Source: the human T2T-CHM13v2.0 reference genome, Homo sapiens. Taken from it: DNA of 64,000 nt. The notes beneath the pieces are model-generated. The model worked only from the letters and a program-made list of their open reading frames with translations, had not been told where the DNA came from and made no database searches. The DNA lies in NCBI RefSeq assembly GCF_009914755.1, contig NC_060936.1; one strand, 5' to 3'. Shown here one piece after another: positions 46,205 through 64,000 of this stretch. Positions within the stretch are counted from its first letter, which is position 1, and each line of letters begins with the position of its first letter. A program made the translations under genes and the position numbers.

Positions 46205-46811
46205 TCCATCCGTAAATGTGATGCCTTTTCCACTTCAACTAAGCACTTACGTATTGTGGCCTTAACTTTTGCAGTTTGAGATGCAACAGCAAAACTAGCA
46301 TGATTTCTTTTTCCTTCTTCACAGTGTCACCGATAGAGTCATTCTTAACCACAGATCTTAGCAATCTCGGCATATGATTTCTTTTCTTTCCTTATTGAGA
46401 ACCTTCACCTTTTCATTTAAAGGGAACACTTTACAGCTTCTCTTTGGCATATATGAATTGCCAGAGTCACTATTCTTGTACTTTGGGGCCATTAGGAAGT
46501 AAAATAGGGTGACTTGAATACAAGCACTGTGATATCGTCACAGCCAATCTGATAACCAAGAAGGTTACTAAGTGACTAATGGGCAGGGAGCGCCTACAGT
46601 GTGGTTCAGCTGGACAAAAGGAGGACTCACATCCTGTGCGGGAGGGAGCAGGATGGCACGAGATTTCATCACGCTACTCAAATGGCATGCAATTTAAAAC
46701 TTATGAATTGTTTATTTCTGGAATTGTCCATTTAATATTTTCAGACTGTGGTTGACCGAATGTAACTGAAACAACGAAAAGGGAAACCATAGAGAAAGGG
46801 GAGCTGCTATA
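46205..46811. mobile_element. Tigger2/MER8-type TcMar-Tigger relic
   Basis: GAGATTTCATCACGCTACTC...CAATTTAAAACTTATGAATTGTTTATTTCTGGAAT...GGTTGACC...GTAACTGAAAC and a Tigger-like TIR. Confidence 0.75.
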
Positions 46812-47531
46812 GTTGTTTTTTTTAAACCATTATGAACACATGGATTTAAATATCTTTGAAGGGTTTCATTCTATCGTAATTATTATCCTTAATGAAGCTC
46901 AAGTTGTCCCATCTTGGCCAAAATTGCCTCTTGTGTCCCCTTGGCAGAACTGTAGTTGTCTTTGTTAGCTTCCTTGCTATCTTGTATGACAAGATGCTAT
47001 AAAGTATATCACTGACTTTTGGTAGGATGTGATATTGACTTAGGAATAGACAAATATGTTGATGGAAATAAGGAATGGGATAATTCATAAGGTTATGCAA
47101 TAGATATCTGTTTTTGTTGTTGTTGTTGTTGCTGCTGCCGGCATTTATCGCACTTCCTACAAGGACAGTTTCACAAAATTTATTTGAGATATTACTCTTC
47201 ATTCATTTAGCCTTATTGAAGTGTGTTGAAGGGACTGACCCCGTCTGCAGCTCGGGCTGCCTTGACGTCAGTATATCCAGTTACCCTGTTGGGAGTGACT
47301 AGTTTATAAATGGGCATGGCCAGAGCCAACGGGAGATGAGAAGACATTCACTGGGACTTCTAGGAAAGACATTAGGATAATTGGCCTTCCATTTGGAGGA
47401 AGATGCTAAATTTCTACTTCTTACCATTGGCAAATATTAATAGAAGTGAAATTAAAACCCTAGAAGAGTCTATGATTATTAGAAGAGGCAGAAAGGCAAA
47501 AAGCCATATTGATAGATTGATAATTTGATTA

Positions 47532-48250
<719 letters not shown>

Positions 48251-49348
48251 TATGTCCATACCACAGTAAACCTTCTATATGTGGATAAGAAAAAAGGCAA
48301 ATCAATAGAAATATGTGCAAAATATATGAATAGATCATTTACATATAAGGATCTGAAAGGGCAACCCCCTTCCCCAACATATGAAAGTTACTCTACCTCT
48401 CTAATAGTCAGTAAAGCACATTTTAAAACTTGGTACATAGTAGGATATACCAAAGTTTAACCATTCCCCTACTGGTGGAAAGTTAGATCATTTAAAACTT
48501 ATTATTACATACAATGCTCATTGAAGATGTGTCTTGCCTCTTTGGAACATATTCGTGCTTTTGAGATGTTAAACCTTATAACCTAAACCTAGAATGTGAT
48601 AGCAAACATCTTGGTGTCTGCGTCCTGAATAGAAGTTATATATTATGTGAACATACACTAAAATTTAGCATCAGAGTGTTCTTTGAATTGTATTTTTAAT
48701 CATGTGCTTAATCTAATACACTTGGGAACTACTGGAACTTTTGCTGGTCAGATTAGTTCAAACAGTTAGAAATTGTTCTCTTTCCTTGAAATAAAGCTGA
48801 TTGAAGGATTATGTTGTCTGAATAGCTGTAGGATTCAGAAACTCCTTTATAAAGACTTACTTTATTTTTAGGTTTAAAAATATCCATGATTTCTTTTGGA
48901 TTAATGGTCTAAACATGCTTATTTGACTAAAGCCTTACTTTTTTATTTATCATGGCTATAGCTTGTTTGTTGTTCATTAGTTGTAAGTGTGTTCCAGGGA
49001 GAGGAAATTGTTTAATCTCTACTCAGTAGGGAAAGAAAATATTTATCAAATTCAAAATATGTATGCCTTTTGTTCAAGCAATTTCAATTTGAGGAGTCTT
49101 CCCTACAGAAATACTCATAAGCATATACACACACACATACTCACACACAAGGATGTTCACTGCACCATTGTTTCTAATATATAATTCAGTTGAAAATATG
49201 ATAAATGTCTATCAACAAAGGAATGAATTAGCAAATCATGACCTGTCCCTAAAATGAGTGACAGCCACATGTATCACCTTGGAAAAATGTCTGTATATGA
49301 GAGGGTGCTGGAAGGGAACAGAACTCACCCCCAAATGGTTTGAATGAA

Positions 49349-49386
49349 CATATATATATACATGAACATATACATATATATATATG

Positions 49387-49428
<42 letters not shown>
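49349..49428. repeat. (TA)-rich plus (GA)19 microsatellite at the tail of a minus-strand Alu
   Basis: Read directly; GA run 49391-49428. Confidence 0.92.
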
Positions 49429-49431
<3 letters not shown>

Positions 49432-49877
49432 TTGCTCTGTCACCCAGGCCTAAGTGCAGTGGTGTGATCATAGCTCACTGCAACCTTCAACTCCTGAGTT
49501 TAAGCAATCCTATTGACCCAGCCTCCCAAGTAGCTGGGACTACAGGTGTGCACCACCACCATGCCTGGCTAATTTTTTGAATTTCTTTTTGTAGAGGTGG
49601 GATCTTGCTATGTTGCCCAGGCTGCAAATGAAGACATTTTTAAGGAAGAGTTTACTTACAGAGGTTAGGTGCCAAGCAAACAAAGAAGGGATGGTGAAGT
49701 GCCTAGAGACTAGCAATGGTGGAAAGTGATGCCCATTCCTAAGGCCTCAGGTACAAAGGAGAGGGCATAGCACAGTAGGAGCCCAGTGAAATTTGGAACC
49801 ATGGAGGCAGGGCCACCCAGGGAGTTATAGCTAAGGATGGAGACAGCCACTGCAAAAGACAGAGCTGATGCAGGTAG

Positions 49878-50129
<252 letters not shown>

Positions 50130-50877
50130 TAGGCTGGTCTTGAACTCCTGACCTCGTGATCCATCCACCTCAGCCTCCCAAAGTACTGGGATTACAGGTG
50201 TGAGCCACCACGCCCAGCCTTACCCTGACTTTTTTCCTTTTATTCTCTGATATTTTGCTGCAGAGACCTCTGCAGTGACCTTTGATTGGCTGAACCCACT
50301 CGGAAACATTTGGCATGGGAGCCTGAGTAAAGTGGTCCACTGGCCAGAGAGAAAGGACAAATATGGCCCATGAAGATAGAGAATGACTAGCATGATGTTT
50401 TGAGGGTATTTTTGGTTTTGAAATCAATTAGCCTGGGCGCCGTAGCTCACACCTGTAACCCCAGCACTTTGGGAGGCTGAGGCAAGAGGATTTCTTGATC
50501 TCAGGAGTTGAAGACCAGCCTGGGCAACATAGTAAGACCCTGTCTCTAAAAGAAAAATTTTAAAAGCCGGGTGTAGTAGTCCCAGCTACTCCAGAGGCTG
50601 AGATGGGAGGATTGCTTGAGCCTGAGAAGCAGAGGCTGCAGTGAGTCATGATTTCACTCTAGTCTGGGTGACAGAGCAAGACCCTGTCTCAAGAAAAAAA
50701 AATATTTTTAATTGACAATAAAAGTTGTATATACTCATTGTGCACAGCATGATGTTTAGATATATGTGTGCATTGTGAGATGGCTAAATCAAGATAATTA
50801 ACATATTCATTACCTCACATTTTTTTTTGTATGCTGCGAGAACATTTAAAAACTACCCTCTTAACAATTCCTAAGTA

Positions 50878-51874
<997 letters not shown>

Positions 51875-52214
51875 TGAATGTATTCCCCCTAAATGAAATT
51901 TTATATGCTTTGACCAATATCTCCCCAATTCTCCCTGATGATGTTTATGTTATGTTTTTTAAGTGGAAAAAAAGTTGCATAGCAATATATAATATGCTAT
52001 TTTTGTAAAAGAAAACCACAACCACATATGTGAAATGCACATGGTTGTATAAACATCAGCATTATGTAAGAACACATAGCAAACTATAAACCTCAGTATT
52101 ACCTCTAGAGGGTGAAAACAGATGGAGAAGGATTTATTTCTAACTTTCTATATTTTAATTTTTATAATATATTTTCTATTTCTACTAGGTGTGGGCTTTA
52201 TTGGTTGATTTCTC

Positions 52215-52309
52215 GGTGAGTGCGTTTCCAAGTGTGAAGGGACCCTTCCTGTAGTGTCTTATATACAATACAGTAGGAATGTTCCTTCTTTGCCACTCAT
52301 ACACCTTTA
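52215..52309 (+). ncRNA. MIR613: pre-miR-613 hairpin; mature sequence at 52275-52294
   Basis: Contains AGGAATGTTCCTTCTTTGCC (recognised hsa-miR-613); 5' arm GAAGGGACCCTTCCT pairs with 3' arm AGGAATGTTCCTTC; intronic and sense to APOLD1. Confidence 0.92.
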
Positions 52310-52659
52310 TGTGCATCTCACATGGTGTTCTTCCCCAGGTGGATGTGATTCTCCATGCCAGTGAAGAGTAAGGAAGGCCACAGCATGGTATGGGGATAGA
52401 ATAAACTCTGCTGGGCTAACAAATAAACCCTGAACTCTCAATGGCTTAATGCAATAAAGATTTGTTTCTTATTCATGCTGATGTTCCTGGCCTGAGAGTT
52501 CACCAGAGCAGCTCTTCTCTAAGCAGCAAATTCAGGGATCAGGGCTTCTCCCATCCTGTGCATCTGCCATCTTGGAACCTTCATTTCCAGCCATGTAGAG
52601 GAAGAGAGAAGGAGCCTGAGAGACTGGGAGAGGAGTTTTATGCAAGGGAGTGCTGGGAA

Positions 52660-52780
52660 ATGTAGTCTTCCTGGTTCTGCAGGCTGTATAAGAGGCAAAG
52701 ACCAGCATCTGCTTCTGATGAAGGGCTCAGGAAGCCTCCAATCATGATGGAAGGTGAAGAGGAACCAGAGAGGAAGGAAT
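52660..52780. mobile_element. MST-family MaLR LTR fragment
   Basis: GGTTCTGCAGGCTGTATAAGAG...GCATCTGCTTCTGATGAAGGGCTCAGGAAGCCTCCAATCATG. Confidence 0.7.
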
Positions 52781-53141
52781 GAAAGTTTCATTTTAAAAAT
52801 TAGAGATGAGGTCTTGCTATGTTGCCCAGGCTGGACTCGAACTCCTGGGGTCAAGTGATCCTCCCACCCCAGCCTCCTGAGTAGCTGGAACTACAGTCTC
52901 ATATCACCACACCCGGCTCAATATATTTTTATATTATAGAAATTTGTTATAAGAATTATGCATTTTTTGTGATTAAATGAATAAAGATAAACTATATTTT
53001 GCATAAAAAGAAAGCACTGTTACACTTAAGGCGAAGACAAAGGTAAGAAAACCCCTAAATGGTTATTAAACATTTAATTCACTTAAGGGCACTGCAGAGA
53101 GGAAACACTTTTAGAAATCTATGTTAATTCTGTTAACATTA

Positions 53142-53279
<138 letters not shown>

Positions 53280-54592
53280 TCAAAAATTAGCTGGGTGTGG
53301 TGGCACAAACCTATAGTCCCAGCTTCTCAGGAGGCTGAGGTATTAGGATCTCTTGAGCCTGGTAGGTTGAGGCTGCAGTGAGCCACGAGTGCACCACTGT
53401 CGTCCAGTCTGAGCAACAGAGTGAGGTGCTGTCTCAAAAACACCCAAAAAACAACAAGAACAAAATGTCAAAGTCAAAGAGTAGATCTTCTGTGCTCTAG
53501 TGTTGGTTAGGATCCTCTGTTGCAAAGATCAGAAATCAAGTCACTCAAGGAATAAAAGGGGAGTTGAAAAAATAGGAATATATGAATGGCTCATAAAATG
53601 GAATGATGGCAGGAAATAAAAGTTAAGACTCTCTGTTTGCCTCTCAGGACCTTATCTCTTAATTTTCTCCAGTAAACAAAACAAACTTTCTCTGCTCTTG
53701 GGGGAATATAATGGGAATAATATGGCTGCTTCACAGATCCTGAGTTCCATATTTCAGTTCCAGTCATTGAGAAGACTGCCTCAACTCTCTTTAGGTCCAT
53801 ATTCCAAAATCTTGAAAGAATTTGATTGGCAAATTTGGTTTGGATGTCTACCTTTAGTCCAATTAGCTATAGTCAGTGGGCAGGATCATGTAATATAGTA
53901 CCAAGATACAGGAATATTTTAAATGGAGATAAAGAGATGTTGTCAGGTTAAGGTGGAGGCCATAAGTTCCCAAGCTGCCTACTACAGTTGCACAAAGGAC
54001 AAAGAATATTATAGATTGATGAGCTAAAAATCACTTTTGCATTGCCCCACAGCTAAAAAATTTAAAAAGAGATTTCTGAGAGAGCCATAAAAAGGCAATA
54101 GTAAAACACTGATATAAAATCAGCTGGGGCCAGACAGGGTGACTGACACCTGTAATCTCAGCACTTTGAGAGGCTGAGGTTATCTGCCTGGATCACCTAA
54201 GGTCAGGAGTTTGAGACCAGCCTGGCCAACATGGCGAAACCCTGACCCTACTAAAAATACAAAAATTAGCTGAGTGTGGTGGCACGTGCCTGTAATCCCA
54301 ATTACTCAGGAGGCTGAGGCAGGAGAATCGCTTGAACCCGGGAGGTGGAGGTTGCAGTGAGCCAAGAGCACACTCCAACCTGGGTGACAGAGTGAAACTA
54401 TGTCTCAAAAACAAAAAACAACAAAACAAACTAAAACAACAAAACAAAACAAATAAACAGAAAAAAAGAATTAGCTGGTAAATCAGCTGGCATATACTAT
54501 CAGAATAATAAATAAGAGTTGGCCCCCTGGGCTGGGCGCAGTGGCTCATGCCTGTAATCTCAGCAGTTTGGGAGGCCAAGGTGGGTGGATCA

Positions 54593-55750
<1,158 letters not shown>

Positions 55751-56469
55751 CAAATATTGAACAATTGAAAAGGTCACAGATAACTAGATGTAAAAAATAG
55801 TTACTGGCTTGAAAAAAGGTAAGAATACCTGATAATTGCACCACATTGTGTAGGTCTCACAGGGTTTCCATATTCCCTTTCCAATATAATAAATAAAACC
55901 TTGTAAAAGCAATTGAGGCTGAGTGCAGTGGCTCATGCCTGTAATCCCAGCACTTTGGGAGGCTGAGGCAGGAAGATCATTTGAGTCCAGGAGTTCGAGA
56001 CCAGACTGGGAAACCTAGGGAGTCCCAATCTCTACAGAAAATTAAAAACAAAACAAAACAAAACAAAAAAACCAACCAGGTGTCATGCACCTGTGGAGTC
56101 CCAGCTACTCAGGAGGTTGAGTTGGAAAGATTGCTTGAGACCAGGAATTCAAGGTGGCAGTAAGCGCTAATCACGCCACTGCACTCCAGCCTGGGCAACA
56201 CAGCAAGACCTCATCTCTTAAATTAAAAAAAAAAAAAAGCAATTGAGTCTCAATAAGTCAAGTCACTTGCTTGAAGTCACACACAAACCACAGACTTAGG
56301 ACTCAAACTCCTCGTTTTCACTTTATGTGCAGAGGCCTAACTTATAGAAAATGCCTCCTACCTTTTTCAAAGGTAGTTTACTTTTTTTTTTTTAGCATTG
56401 AAAGTAAAGGCAGAAATGACTTTTAAAGTGCTACATTTTCAGGGAAAAAAAGTGGATTAGGAACATTAG

Positions 56470-63180
<6,711 letters not shown>

Positions 63181-63287
63181 AGCAAGTTTGGAGAGGAAAA
63201 TAGATTACATAAAATCATTTTCTTACCTAATTCAAGAGCAAATAGAGTTGAAAACTCACCATAGAAACTACATTTTTTAAAAAACGA

Positions 63288-63615
63288 TTGGGTACAATGG
63301 CTTATGCCTGTAATCCCAGCACTTTTGGAGACCAAGGCGAGAGGATTGCTTGAGACCAGGAGTTCATGACCAGCTTAGGCAACATAGTGAGACTTCATTA
63401 CTACAAAATTTTCTTTCTTTAATTAGCTGGGTGTGGGGGTGTGCACCTGCAGTCCCAGCTACCCAGGAGGCTGAGGTGAGAGGATTGCTTGAGCCTAGGA
63501 GTTCAAAGTTACAGTGAGCTATGATCATGCCACTGCACTCCAGCTTGGGTGACAGGGTGAGACCCAGTCTCAAAAAAAAAAAAAAAAAAAAAAACACAAC
63601 AAACAAACAAAACTA
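63288..63615 (+). mobile_element. AluJ-like
   Basis: Diverged dimer with long A tail. Confidence 0.88.
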
Positions 63616-64000
63616 AATTAATAAAAGCAAATAAGGAGAATAATAATGACCAACTTTCAGGGTGTTAGAAGATACACCCCTTGCTTCATCATATTGCTTA
63701 ATGTGAACCGACTGAATTCTACTAAAAATAGACTTTAAACAAAGTTAGAAAAGAAAACAAGTATCCAACATTCTCTCACCTATAACAGGCATATTACAAA
63801 TTAAACCATTCAAATAGTCTAAAAGCTAAGGGAAAGCTTAAGATTTATGATGCCTCTGTAGATACAAAACAAGCAGGTGTTATAATCCAGGCTGCAATAC
63901 TGTTGTAGATGTCTGAGAACTCGGAAGATAATGACTAAGCCTGAGAAAGGGCCAGACAAAGGTAATTGTTTCCCAGTATCCTGGAAGATAAGAGAATCTT

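Overview
Primate, almost certainly human, genomic DNA from the 12p13 CDKN1B-APOLD1 interval. It contains the complete p27Kip1 gene CDKN1B: CpG-island promoter, 29-codon uORF, coding exons 5377-5851 and 6362-6483 (wild-type 198 aa), and a non-coding exon 3 with miR-221/222 and Pumilio sites. A second CpG island holds the 32-codon first coding exon of the long APOLD1 isoform (13538-13633). The remaining ~50 kb is repeat-dense intron carrying MIR613, a 5'-truncated STX8 retrocopy nested in an old L1, a solo MER51-type LTR, MaLR LTRs, MER/Tigger DNA-transposon relics and dozens of Alus (only a selection is listed). I see no evidence of a wholly new multi-gene system. The most unusual things visible in the sequence are: (1) an Alu interrupted by a two-part templated insertion copied from ~1 kb upstream (direct) and ~0.9 kb downstream (inverted); (2) a STX8 retrocopy whose frameshift created an ATG in frame with an intact SNARE plus membrane-anchor ORF; (3) an RNA G-quadruplex motif beside the p27 miR-221/222-Pumilio switch; (4) a MER2 inserted inverted inside another MER2 near MIR613; (5) an AATAAA overlapping the likely CDKN1B intron 1 branch point. 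Repeat subfamily names and boundaries were judged by eye and are approximate.
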